NCBI GenBank assembly: GCA_022784465.1
Contig: JALFUR010000004.1
Location: 77,804 to 141,803 of the forward strand
From: Christensenella sp.
GTDB taxonomy: Bacteria; Bacillota; Clostridia; Christensenellales; UBA3700
Reading direction: 5' to 3'
Length of the DNA: 64,000 bases
Shown here: positions 55,254 through 64,000 of the stretch, piece after piece
How the letters are laid out: the number at the start of each line of letters is the position of its first letter
Position numbering within the stretch: position 1 is the stretch's first letter
The notes under the pieces: generated by a model
Told to the model about the DNA's origin: nothing
Database searches by the model: none
The model's input: only the letters and a program-made list of their open reading frames with translations
Position numbers and translations under genes: made by a program

Positions 55254-55877
55254 TTAAGCAGTTTTTAGTATTTTTCTTAATTTTTTATTGGCATAAGGTA
55301 GCCAAGTATTATTTACATAATCTAGAACATTTTCATTCGGTCTAGAATCTCTATCTCCATAACATTGAATAACTCTTTTATCAGATAGAGAATATTCTAA
55401 AGTCACATAAGGTAAATTTAAATTATTATTTAGTCTTACAAAGAATATTAAAGATTGTTCATCAACGAATTTCTTATCGTAATTCATTTTGCCTACGCAA
55501 TGGTGTAGAGAATCTCCTTCAAATATTAAATCATCTTTAGATTTGGCAATTATTGTAGAGTATTCATTGTCTTTAAATTCTAAAGAGATGTATTTGTTAG
55601 ATATCTTGTTGAATATCTTGTTAAATTCTTTGTATTTTTCTCTATTTAATTCTCTTTGTTTTGCTTCTTTTTCAGCGATTCTAATATCGTGCCAATAACG
55701 AGAATTGTGAGGATAAACATTCTTATCTTGAGTCATGTCTAAGCCCAAGAAGATGCAAGCTTCAAAATAGTCTTTGTATGAAAATATTTGTGTTTCTTGT
55801 TTTTTAAGATAATTAGCAAACTTAACAAAGTTCTTGTTAGTAATAATATCTTTAATATAAAAATTAGCTCTTTTCAA
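55254..55877 (-). CDS. PcfJ-like domain protein (conjugative-element associated)
   Basis: 207 aa. LHHCVGKMNYDKK....QSLIFFVR......PYVTLEY......VIQCYG..DS.PN resembles the PcfJ-like family pattern (from memory). Confidence 0.55.
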   Translation of the reverse strand: MKRANFYIKDIITNKNFVKFANYLKKQETQIFSYKDYFEACIFLGLDMTQDKNVYPHNSRYWHDIRIAEKEAKQRELNREKYKEFNKIFNKISNKYISLEFKDNEYSTIIAKSKDDLIFEGDSLHHCVGKMNYDKKFVDEQSLIFFVRLNNNLNLPYVTLEYSLSDKRVIQCYGDRDSRPNENVLDYVNNTWLPYANKKLRKILKTA

Positions 55878-55977
55878 ACTTATTGATATTTGTTGAGAAC
55901 CTATGTCTTAATTGAATATGTTTTAATAATATCGAAAAATGTAATGTTATATTTTATTTAATCCTTATAATAAAGAG

Positions 55978-56009
55978 TAGACATATGTAGATAGTATGTC
56001 TATTTTTTT
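55978..56009 (+). terminator. orphan rho-independent terminator (no plus-strand gene upstream)
   Basis: tagacata / tatgtcta perfect 8-bp stem, 9-nt loop, TTTTTTT. Confidence 0.7.
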
Positions 56010-56080
56010 GTTTTTATATTATAATTAAAATATAAAGTAATAATTTAAGTAAGACGAAATTATTCAGGAGAGGTAGAATT

Positions 56081-56533
56081 ATGAAAAAACGTATTGTTTT
56101 TATTCTTTTTGTTGCAATTATTATGTGTTTTAGTCTTTTTGCTGTGTCATGTAAAAAAAATGACAATATTGAAGAAGAAAAAAACACATTTATTCTTGTT
56201 GAAGAGAAGGGAGAAGAAGTCATTGAAAAAGTAATTGATTTATCAAACATCGATTTAAAAAATGGGTTAATAACAGTTTTGGATAATCAAGAAATAGAAT
56301 ATGTTATTGATTCAAATGAATTTACGAAGTTTGATCAGATGGAAATGTATATTGAAGGCGATGATATTTATATTATTGAAGTATACACTTCTAACGAAAC
56401 AGATCAAGATGATTCAGAATATGCGAGAACTGTTACATATAAAGGAGTTGAACTTGTAAATATAAAATGTTCTCCTTACGAAATGAATATTGCTAACGGT
56501 ACTATTGTTTTAGTTAAGTTAGAAAAAATCTAA
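56081..56533 (+). CDS. small lipoprotein
   Basis: 150 aa. Signal peptide with lipobox FAVSC. SD AGGAGAGG. Confidence 0.65.
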   Translation: MKKRIVFILFVAIIMCFSLFAVSCKKNDNIEEEKNTFILVEEKGEEVIEKVIDLSNIDLKNGLITVLDNQEIEYVIDSNEFTKFDQMEMYIEGDDIYIIEVYTSNETDQDDSEYARTVTYKGVELVNIKCSPYEMNIANGTIVLVKLEKI

Positions 56534-56670
56534 AAGAATATAATTATAAAATATCGAAAACATTAAAATGCGATGTATCGAGATGAATCAACTCAATACT
56601 TTGACTTTTTTTGCGTAAAAATATAATATTATTAATTGAAAAACAAATAACAAACTTTTTATTAATTAAC

Positions 56671-57069
56671 ATGAAAAGAAACGAAGTAGTAGCTGCAATA
56701 ATTGAATATAAAGGAAAGATTCTTTGTATGCAAAGAAAAGAAGGGAAATACGAATATGTTTCTAAAAAGTACGAGTTTCCAGGTGGAAAAATTGAACTAG
56801 GAGAAACAAGAACCCAAGCTTTGATACGAGAAATAAAAGAAGAACTGGATATTGATATATATGTTTCAGAGAATAATTATTATATGAGTATAAATCATGT
56901 ATATCCTGATTTTGAAATAACAATGCACAGTTTTTATGTAAAAGTAGAAAGTCCATATTTTGTAATGAAAGAGCATTTAGACTATAAATGGTTAGATATA
57001 AAAGATTTAAAGTCTTTAGATTGGGCGCCAGCTGATGAGCCTATAATAGAAAAATTAATGTCGGTTTAG
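56671..57069 (+). CDS. NUDIX hydrolase (MutT-like)
   Basis: Nudix box GGKIELGETRTQALIREIKEELDI. ATG 56671 is preferred because the TTG at 56611 lies within a TTGACT..TATAAT promoter-like region. Confidence 0.8.
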   Translation: MKRNEVVAAIIEYKGKILCMQRKEGKYEYVSKKYEFPGGKIELGETRTQALIREIKEELDIDIYVSENNYYMSINHVYPDFEITMHSFYVKVESPYFVMKEHLDYKWLDIKDLKSLDWAPADEPIIEKLMSV

Positions 57070-57077
57070 GATTAATA

Positions 57078-58616
57078 ATGCAATTTAGTTTAAATAAAAA
57101 AATAGTTATATCGATTATTGTATTTATTGTATGTTTTACAAGTATATTTCTATTTATTATAAATTGCGATAATGTATATGCGGAGGATTTGTCATATAGT
57201 GTTTCATATATAGAACAAGATGGAAATACTATAAATCCAACAGAAAAAGAAAATGTGGAACATGGCAGCGTAAGTGTAACAAAAAATGAAAATGTTTTAA
57301 CTATTTCTGTAACTCCTGAAGATAATTATTATTTTTCTATAGATATATATAAACAAGGAAATCGTGATCTAGAAAATAAGATATATAATTATATATATAA
57401 TCCTAATGATGCTAATACTAATAAGACTGAAATATCTTGTGAAATTAATGAAAATGTAGACATTGTTGTTTCTTTTACTATTACTTATTTAATAAGATTC
57501 TATTTATATGAAGACGGTGAAAAATTGTATGAATTAAGACATAAATATGGTGATCAAATTGCCTATGCAGATTCTATACCATATCGTCCTTCGGATTTTA
57601 ATAACACATATACATTTTTAAGATGGGAGCCAGAGGTTTCAAGTAGCGATGTAGTAGTGAAGGATCAAGACTACTATGGAGTTTATAGCGTAAATGGTAA
57701 ATATTATACTATAATATTTCAGGATGAAGATGGCACGCTTTTGTCGTCAAAGAAATATGGACCAGGGGAAAAAATAGTTCCACCAAAAGCCCCAACAAAA
57801 GCATCTAATAATCAATATGATTATTATTTTGCTGGTTGGGATAATCCCGTAGATGAGTATGCATTCTTTGATAAATTATATGTAGCAACATATAATGCAG
57901 TATCTAGGTTTTATCCTATTTCTACATCATCTAATCATGGTTCAATTATTTTAGATAAAATTCAAGACACTTATGAATATGGGACAATAGTAAATATAGA
58001 AACTATACCAGAACGGGGTTATGTTTTAAGTAGTATTTATTTAGTTAATTCATCAGGAAGAACAAGGATAGAAAACAATTCTTTTGTGGTTACAGGTGAA
58101 TCTGTCATAGAAGCTGAGTTTACAAAAGAATTTATAACATATATAGATGCAAGTGGAGTATTTGAAATAACATATGCATTTTTGGATGTAGAAGAAAATC
58201 CTACTATAAACATATATTGGGAGAATAATAACAAGTATAATACATACGATTTATTTACTAATAAAGGGTATAAAAATTCATATAATTTGAAAGTTGAAAT
58301 AATAGATCAAGAAGGCAATTATATAACTAGTTTTGAAGAGCCAATTACAATCAAAATGAAAGTTCCGTATAGTTCAGATAACAATTTGCTATTAAAGAGC
58401 AACAATGATAAAGTTGTCGTGTCAGATATAAAGGTAGAAGATGGGTTTGTTACAATGTCTATGTCTAGTATACAAGATTGCTATGTTTATTCAGAAGTTG
58501 TAATATATTCAAAAGGATATCAGGTAGCATATATTTTTCTTGTAGTATTTGTTATTTCAATTGCAATAGCTGCGTGTGTTCTTTGCGGAATAGAACTATT
58601 TAAGAAAAATAAATAA
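57078..58616 (+). CDS. surface protein with Listeria-Bacteroides-type repeats, C-terminal TM anchor
   Basis: 512 aa. N-terminal signal/TM. Repeats with Y.F..W (YTFLRWEP, YYFAGWDNP). Hydrophobic C-terminal helix followed by KKNK. Confidence 0.6.
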   Translation: MQFSLNKKIVISIIVFIVCFTSIFLFIINCDNVYAEDLSYSVSYIEQDGNTINPTEKENVEHGSVSVTKNENVLTISVTPEDNYYFSIDIYKQGNRDLENKIYNYIYNPNDANTNKTEISCEINENVDIVVSFTITYLIRFYLYEDGEKLYELRHKYGDQIAYADSIPYRPSDFNNTYTFLRWEPEVSSSDVVVKDQDYYGVYSVNGKYYTIIFQDEDGTLLSSKKYGPGEKIVPPKAPTKASNNQYDYYFAGWDNPVDEYAFFDKLYVATYNAVSRFYPISTSSNHGSIILDKIQDTYEYGTIVNIETIPERGYVLSSIYLVNSSGRTRIENNSFVVTGESVIEAEFTKEFITYIDASGVFEITYAFLDVEENPTINIYWENNNKYNTYDLFTNKGYKNSYNLKVEIIDQEGNYITSFEEPITIKMKVPYSSDNNLLLKSNNDKVVVSDIKVEDGFVTMSMSSIQDCYVYSEVVIYSKGYQVAYIFLVVFVISIAIAACVLCGIELFKKNK

Positions 58617-58649
58617 TTGTGAATATAACAGGAAAAATAGGAAAAAATA

Positions 58650-59165
58650 ATGATAAAAGCTATAGTATATAAATCAAACTCTGGTTTTACAAAAGAATAT
58701 GCTTTAATGTTGTCAAAAAAGTTGGCATTGCCGGTTTATGATATAAAAGAGGCTAATAAATCTTTATCTAAAAATGATGAGATTATTTATATGGGATGGA
58801 TTATGGCTGGTAAAGTTCAAGGTTTAAATAAGGCAAAAAAATACGCGATTAAAGCTATTGTTGCAGTGGGCATGACATACGATGAAAAACAAGAAAAAGA
58901 GATTCAAGAAAAAGTAAAAGCATATCATTCTGAACTTGTAATAAATATAAGAGGTGGTTTTTATTTAGATAGGTTGCATGGCATATATAAGTTTATGATG
59001 ATTAGCATGGGTAAAGTGCTAGGAAAAGTTCTAAGAAAAAAGGAAAATAAAACAGAAGAAGACAAGCAAACTCTTTTAATGATAGAGCAAGGTGCAAGTT
59101 ATGTTGATGAAGCAAATCTAGATAGAGTTATTACTTGGTATAATAATAGGGGAGAAAATAAATGA
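58650..59165 (+). CDS. flavodoxin-like domain protein
   Basis: 171 aa. IVYKSNSGFTKEYA start resembles the flavodoxin phosphate-binding loop. Confidence 0.5.
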   Translation: MIKAIVYKSNSGFTKEYALMLSKKLALPVYDIKEANKSLSKNDEIIYMGWIMAGKVQGLNKAKKYAIKAIVAVGMTYDEKQEKEIQEKVKAYHSELVINIRGGFYLDRLHGIYKFMMISMGKVLGKVLRKKENKTEEDKQTLLMIEQGASYVDEANLDRVITWYNNRGENK

Positions 59166-59728
59166 GAAAGATAGTAGCAGTAATTGGTGACGCATATATT
59201 GAAGAGAATTCTTTAAAATATCAAATGGCATATGAAATTGGTAAGACTTTAGTAGACAATGGTTATCGTGTTCAGTCAGGAGGCTTAAATGGCGTAATGA
59301 AGGCAGCTTTTGCGGGTGCCAAATCATCAAAAGAATATAAAGACGGAGATACCATAGCAATTATTCCTTCATTTGATAGGTCCCAAGTAAACGAATTTGC
59401 CGATATTGTAATTCCAACAGGGCTAGATATTTTACGTAATGCAATGGTTGCTAATGCTGATGCTGTTGTAGTTATAGGTGGCGGTGCAGGAACATTGTCA
59501 GAAATGGCTATGGCTTGGTCGCTTGGAAAACTTATAGTATCTTTTAAAAACGTTGATGGTTGGAGTAAAAAATTAGCAGATTCTAAACTTGATGATAGAA
59601 TCCGCTATGATAACATTGATTCAGATAAAGTATTTGGCGTAGATAACGCACAAGATGCGATAAACATCATTAACTCAAAAATATCTTTATACAACAAAGC
59701 TCATAAGGGCATTGTGTATATTAAATAA
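59162..59728 (+). CDS. TIGR00725/LOG-like (SLOG) Rossmann protein
   Basis: 188 aa. GGLNGVM, then GGGAGTLSE motif of the LOG/TIGR00725 group. 4-nt overlap with the flavodoxin-like gene. Confidence 0.65.
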   Translation: MRKIVAVIGDAYIEENSLKYQMAYEIGKTLVDNGYRVQSGGLNGVMKAAFAGAKSSKEYKDGDTIAIIPSFDRSQVNEFADIVIPTGLDILRNAMVANADAVVVIGGGAGTLSEMAMAWSLGKLIVSFKNVDGWSKKLADSKLDDRIRYDNIDSDKVFGVDNAQDAINIINSKISLYNKAHKGIVYIK

Positions 59729-60887
59729 TTTGTAAAACAAAGAATTTTAAATATTGAGTTTCTTCCTCAGCAAGCAAAGAAGGATGATCTGGTGATTGAG
59801 ATTTTATTTCAACGCATCTAACTACTCTTCCAGAATCTCTAGCTGCTTCTATAAGCATTCTTTCAAATAATGTAAATGTCATATAGTGAGAGCAAGAAGA
59901 GGTTACTAAATAACCACCGGATTTTACAAGCTTAATTCCAAGTATGTTTATATCTTTATATCCTCTATAGGCATCTTTAACTTCGCTTGCGCTTTTACAA
60001 AAAGCAGGAGGGTCTAAAACTACTACATCAAATTGCTTCTTTTGTGCTTTATATTCTCTTAATAAAGAAAATACATCTCCGCATTTTGTATCAACATTTT
60101 TAAAATTGTTTAATTCAATATTCTTTTTTACATTTGTTAAAGCAAGCTCAGATATATCTACTGCAGTAACATGTTTAGCTACGGTTGCTGCATTCATGGA
60201 AAATCCGCCACTATTGCAAAAGCAATCAAGAACATCTTTATCTTTGCAATATTTTCTTAATGCCAATCTGTTTTCCTTTTGATCTAAAAAATATCCAGTC
60301 TTTTGTCCGTTTTTAACATCAACGGCCATTTTTATTCCGTTTTCATTTATAATAGTCCAATCGTCGATGCTGCCATATAGCAATCCGTTTTTTTCCTCAA
60401 GACCTTCTTTTGAACGTGTAGCCATATCTGAACGCTCATATATTCCTTTTGGATTAAAAAGTTCAACTAGACATTCAACAATTAAATCTCTTCTTTTATC
60501 CATTCCTAAAGAAGAAAATTGAACGCATAAGACATTGTCATATTTATCTACAACAAGGCCAGGGAGATTGTCCGCTTCGGAAAATATCATTCTATAGCAG
60601 TTGTCATAACCTAAATCCTTTCTGTAGTTATTTGCTGTTTTTATTCTTTCTAGATAAAAATCTTTTGTATCTTCGCTGTTATCTCTAATAAAAACTCTAA
60701 CTAAAATTTTAGATAAATGATTTATATAACCTTTGCCGATGTATTTTCCATCAAATGAGTACACAGTTGCCAAAGAACCATTTTTGTCTTTTCCAACTAT
60801 TTTTTGTACTTCATTAGCATATACCCAGCTATGTCCATTAACAATTCTTTTTTCTTCGCCTCTTTTTAGATAAATTTCGTATCCCAT
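59721..60887 (-). CDS. rlmI: PUA-domain SAM-dependent rRNA (cytosine-C5) methyltransferase, RlmI-like
   Basis: From ATG 60887 (SD GAGG): the N-terminus is PUA-like, then DCFCNSGGF SAM motif and DPPAF..S catalytic region. Confidence 0.75.
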   Translation of the reverse strand: MGYEIYLKRGEEKRIVNGHSWVYANEVQKIVGKDKNGSLATVYSFDGKYIGKGYINHLSKILVRVFIRDNSEDTKDFYLERIKTANNYRKDLGYDNCYRMIFSEADNLPGLVVDKYDNVLCVQFSSLGMDKRRDLIVECLVELFNPKGIYERSDMATRSKEGLEEKNGLLYGSIDDWTIINENGIKMAVDVKNGQKTGYFLDQKENRLALRKYCKDKDVLDCFCNSGGFSMNAATVAKHVTAVDISELALTNVKKNIELNNFKNVDTKCGDVFSLLREYKAQKKQFDVVVLDPPAFCKSASEVKDAYRGYKDINILGIKLVKSGGYLVTSSCSHYMTFTLFERMLIEAARDSGRVVRCVEIKSQSPDHPSLLAEEETQYLKFFVLQII

Positions 60888-61080
60888 ACAAACCTCGCGA
60901 CTAAATAATAGCATATTATTATATATTTTTCTAATATAAACACATAAAACACAAAAAGTTGTGGTGTTAGGATTTTTTTAGGACTACATATTGTGGTTTC
61001 GTGGTTGCCAAACTGCTATAAAAAAGTTATAATATTTTAGTAACAAGTTTTTTATTAATATAATTTAAAAGGAAATTGAA

Positions 61081-63054
61081 ATGGCAAGCGATTACGGCTC
61101 AAAAGATCTTGAAGTTTTAGAAGGCTTAGAACCTGTTAGAGAAAGACCAGGTATGTACATTGGTACAACTGGGTCAAAAGGAATGCACCATATCTTATGG
61201 GAAATTGTAGATAACAGTATTGATGAAATTTCTAACGGATATGGAGACACTATTGAAATAGAGATTTTCAAAGATAATAGTATTTCTGTAAAAGATAACG
61301 GAAGAGGTATTCCGGTAGATATGCATCCAAAATATAAAGTACCTGGTGTATATTTGGTTTTCACAAAATTGCATGCAGGCGGAAAATTTAATAATAAAAA
61401 TTATGGTTTTTCCGGCGGATTACATGGAGTTGGAGCATCTGTAACAAATGCTTTATCATCTTGGCTAAAGGTAGAGATTTGGAGAGATGGTAAAGTTTAT
61501 TCAATGGATTTCCATTCTATAGAAGATAAGAGTGGTAAAATTCATTCTGGAGTAATAAATCATGAATTAACATCAAAGCCTAGTGAAGATAAAAAAGCAA
61601 AGGGAACAAGAGTTACCTTTTTGCCTGATTCTAGAGTATTTAAAAGTGAAGAATTTGATTACACAGCAATTTGCAAAAGGGCCAAAGATCTTGCGTTTTT
61701 AAATGCAGGCTTGAAAATCTCTGTAACTGACCATAGACAAACAACAGAATCAGGAAAATCAAAATGTAAAAACTATTGCTATAAAGGTGGTTTATCAGAT
61801 TTTGTTCAATATTTAAATGAAGGCAAAACTATTAAATATCAAACTCCAATATTCATTGAGAAGAAACAAGAAAATTTTTATGTTTCTTTAGCAATGCAAC
61901 TTACTGATGGATATTCAGAAAACACTTTTTCTTATGTAAATAATATTCCAACATCAGAAGGTGGAACTCATGAGATAGGATTTAAATCAGCGCTTACAAA
62001 AGCTTTAAATGATTTTGGTAGACAAAGAAACATAATCAAAGAAAAACAAGAAAATTATATAGGCGAAGACTTTAGAGAAGGATTGACTAGTGTTCTTGCT
62101 ATAAAAATGCAAAACGTTCAATTTGAAGGTCAAACAAAGAGTAAACTTGGTAATCCGGAAGCAAGAACTTTAGTTGAAAATTTACTTACTGATGCCATAA
62201 AAGATTATTTGAACAATAAGGCTAAAAAGGAAGTTATAGATGCTATTTTTGAAAAAGCTGCAATTGCTCAAAAAGCTCGTTTAAAATCTGCCGAAGCAAA
62301 AAATGTGGCTCGTGCTATAAAATCGTCTACAAACAACTTAGTTGGAAAACTAGCAAATTGCTCAGGTAAAAAACCTGAATTTAACGAATTGTTTATAGTA
62401 GAGGGAGATTCAGCTGGTGGTTCTGCAAAAAGCGGAAGAGATCCAAAAATTCAAGCTATTTTGCCTTTAAGAGGAAAACCATTAAATACAGAACAAAGAA
62501 GAATTTCAGATATTGTTGCAAATGAAGAGCTTGTATCTTTAATAAATGCACTTGGTACAGGCTTTGATAAAGATTTTAATATTCAAAATCTAAAATTTAA
62601 TAAAGTTATTATTCTTGCTGATGCCGATCAAGATGGAGGTCATATAAGATCTATTTTATTAACATTCTTCTTTAGATATATGAAAGAATTAATTACTGAT
62701 GGACATGTGTATATTGGAATGCCTCCTTTATACAGAATCCAAGATAAAAATGGCACAAGATATGCTTATGATGATGTAGAGCTTAAAGAGATGCTTAAAA
62801 CTGCAGCAAGAGGCTATTCGTTAAATAGATATAAAGGATTAGGTGAAATGAATCCTGAACAATTATGGGAAACAACAATGAATCCTAAAAAGCGTGCGCT
62901 AATGAGAGTTACAATTGAAGACGCAGCAGAGGCAGATCATTTGTTTACAACTCTTATGGGTAAAGATGCTGCGCCAAGAAGAGACTATATTTATGAATAT
63001 GCTAATTTTAATAAGCAAGATCAATTTAAAGAATTAGTTGAGAAGAAGGTATAA
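61081..63054 (+). CDS. parE: type IIA topoisomerase B subunit (topoisomerase IV ParE-like)
   Basis: 657 aa. GHKL ATPase ([22 protein letters not shown]). Toprim EGDSAGG, PLRGK, DADQDG. Not next to dnaA/dnaN, so topo IV is favoured over gyrase. Confidence 0.8.
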   Translation: MASDYGSKDLEVLEGLEPVRERPGMYIGTTGSKGMHHILWEIVDNSIDEISNGYGDTIEIEIFKDNSISVKDNGRGIPVDMHPKYKVPGVYLVFTKLHAGGKFNNKNYGFSGGLHGVGASVTNALSSWLKVEIWRDGKVYSMDFHSIEDKSGKIHSGVINHELTSKPSEDKKAKGTRVTFLPDSRVFKSEEFDYTAICKRAKDLAFLNAGLKISVTDHRQTTESGKSKCKNYCYKGGLSDFVQYLNEGKTIKYQTPIFIEKKQENFYVSLAMQLTDGYSENTFSYVNNIPTSEGGTHEIGFKSALTKALNDFGRQRNIIKEKQENYIGEDFREGLTSVLAIKMQNVQFEGQTKSKLGNPEARTLVENLLTDAIKDYLNNKAKKEVIDAIFEKAAIAQKARLKSAEAKNVARAIKSSTNNLVGKLANCSGKKPEFNELFIVEGDSAGGSAKSGRDPKIQAILPLRGKPLNTEQRRISDIVANEELVSLINALGTGFDKDFNIQNLKFNKVIILADADQDGGHIRSILLTFFFRYMKELITDGHVYIGMPPLYRIQDKNGTRYAYDDVELKEMLKTAARGYSLNRYKGLGEMNPEQLWETTMNPKKRALMRVTIEDAAEADHLFTTLMGKDAAPRRDYIYEYANFNKQDQFKELVEKKV

Positions 63055-63055
63055 T

Positions 63056-64000
63056 ATGGCAAAGAGGAAACATGAAGTTATAGATAATGAAGTAGATACA
63101 TCTAGAATTATCGAATGCACAGTAGAAAAAGTTTTGCATGATTCTATGATGCCATATTCTGAGCATGTAATTATGGATAGAGCTATTCCAAGAATTGAAG
63201 ATGGATTAAAGCCTGTTCAAAGAAGAATATTATATGCTATGTCAACTATGGGAATAACACCGGAAAAGCCTTTTGTAAAAAGTGCAAAAGTTGTAGGTGA
63301 TTGTTTAGGTAGATTCCATCCGCATGGTGATAGTTCAGTATATGATGCAATGGTTAGACTTGCACAGCCATTTAACGTAAGAGAGCCTTTAGTTCTTGGA
63401 CAGGGAAACTTTGGTTCAATTGACGATGATCCAGCGGCTGCAATGAGATATACGGAGGCAAAGCTTGCGCCTCTTGCAATGGAACTTTTAAAAGATATAG
63501 ACAAAGATACAGTTCCAATGGTGCTTAACTTTGACGATACAATTAATGAGCCAGATTTACTTCCTGGAAAATTCCCAAATTTACTTGTTAACGGCGCACT
63601 TGGAATTGCTGTTGGAATGTCAACAAATATACCAACACACAATCTTGGTGAAACTATTGATGGCGTAGTTGCATATATAGATAATCCTAAAATTACACTT
63701 GATGAAATGATGCAATTCATACCTGCACCAGATTTTCCAACAGGGGCTCAAATTATATATACTGACGGCATAAAACAAGCGTATGAAACTGGTAAAGGCA
63801 AGATTATTATGCGCTCTAAATACACAATTGAAAAAGAGGGCGATAAAGAATCAATAATTATTACAGAGATTCCTTTCCAGGTAAATAAAGCTCAAATGCT
63901 TCAATCAATTAATAACCTTAGAGAAACAAAAAAAGAGATATATGGTGGCATACAAGATATATCTGATGAATCAAATAGAAATGGTATTAGATGTGTAATT
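63056..64000 (+). CDS. parC: type IIA topoisomerase A subunit (ParC-like), 3'-partial at window end
   Basis: My own translation from ATG 63056: ...[22 protein letters not shown]...[19 protein letters not shown]...[11 protein letters not shown] (active-site Tyr). Open to nt 64000. PVQRRIL favours ParC. Absent from the ORF track because it has no stop. Confidence 0.85.
   Translation, partial: MAKRKHEVIDNEVDTSRIIECTVEKVLHDSMMPYSEHVIMDRAIPRIEDGLKPVQRRILYAMSTMGITPEKPFVKSAKVVGDCLGRFHPHGDSSVYDAMVRLAQPFNVREPLVLGQGNFGSIDDDPAAAMRYTEAKLAPLAMELLKDIDKDTVPMVLNFDDTINEPDLLPGKFPNLLVNGALGIAVGMSTNIPTHNLGETIDGVVAYIDNPKITLDEMMQFIPAPDFPTGAQIIYTDGIKQAYETGKGKIIMRSKYTIEKEGDKESIIITEIPFQVNKAQMLQSINNLRETKKEIYGGIQDISDESNRNGIRCVI

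Larger units (their letters stand above)
48079..55977. mobile_element. putative degraded tRNA-Arg-adjacent genomic island (defence genes + conjugative-element remnant; no integrase)
   Basis: Begins right after the tRNA and is very AT-rich. Carries HEPN, R-M and PcfJ-like genes. An orphan plus-strand terminator sits at 55978-56009. No att direct repeat found. Confidence 0.4.

Noticed and set aside
63217-63720. 167-aa minus-strand ORF in the ORF track
   Set aside because: It lies entirely antisense to a clear plus-strand ParC/GyrA-type coding sequence (63056-64000). That sequence is missing from the track only because it has no stop codon in the window.
1-64000. Looked for CRISPR arrays, rRNA genes, transposases, integrases, reverse transcriptases and long (>50 bp) repeats
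   Set aside because: None were seen by eye. The only RNA gene found is tRNA-Arg, and the only near-duplicates are the paralogous methylase genes.

Overview
AT-rich chromosomal segment, probably from a spore-forming low-GC Bacillota (Clostridia-like), judging by spoIVA with a sigma-E-type promoter, a BclA-C-like spore-surface protein, RNase J and a long type-2-like IleRS. All domain calls were made by eye from motifs, with no database search. Regions 0-42 kb and 56-64 kb are mostly housekeeping: pckG, serC-serA, rnj, a YrrM-like O-methyltransferase plus U32 protein, der, spoIVA, thiN, a TPP riboswitch with thiT, an S41 peptidase, an NMT1/SsuA-type ABC transporter, asnA, gdhA, a CNNM gene coupled to ileS, rRNA/tRNA modification enzymes, and parE-parC. 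An accessory region lies between about 42.2 and 56.0 kb, split in two by murG and tRNA-Arg(CCG). The left part (42.6-46.7 kb) is a tightly coupled operon: an XRE regulator, a 618-aa ASCH-PIN-GNAT-PUA-like fusion protein, a stand-alone ASCH protein, an HNH nuclease, and a truncated hsdM stub. I do not recognise this combination as any named defence or toxin-antitoxin system, and it is my top candidate for an undescribed system. The right part (48.1-56.0 kb) is very AT-rich and starts directly after the tRNA. It carries a HEPN (Rx4H) ApeA-like protein, a 2-TM protein, an HTH protein, two tandem C5-cytosine methyltransferases with an HNH restriction enzyme, and a PcfJ-like operon. It has no integrase, and an orphan terminator sits at its far end. 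Other points of interest are a promoter-leader-terminator unit of unknown class ahead of the ABC operon, a ThiT with an N-terminal 3-TM extension, two cysteine-string proteins, and GC-rich palindromes in the serC/rnj intergenic region. No CRISPR array, rRNA gene or transposase was seen.
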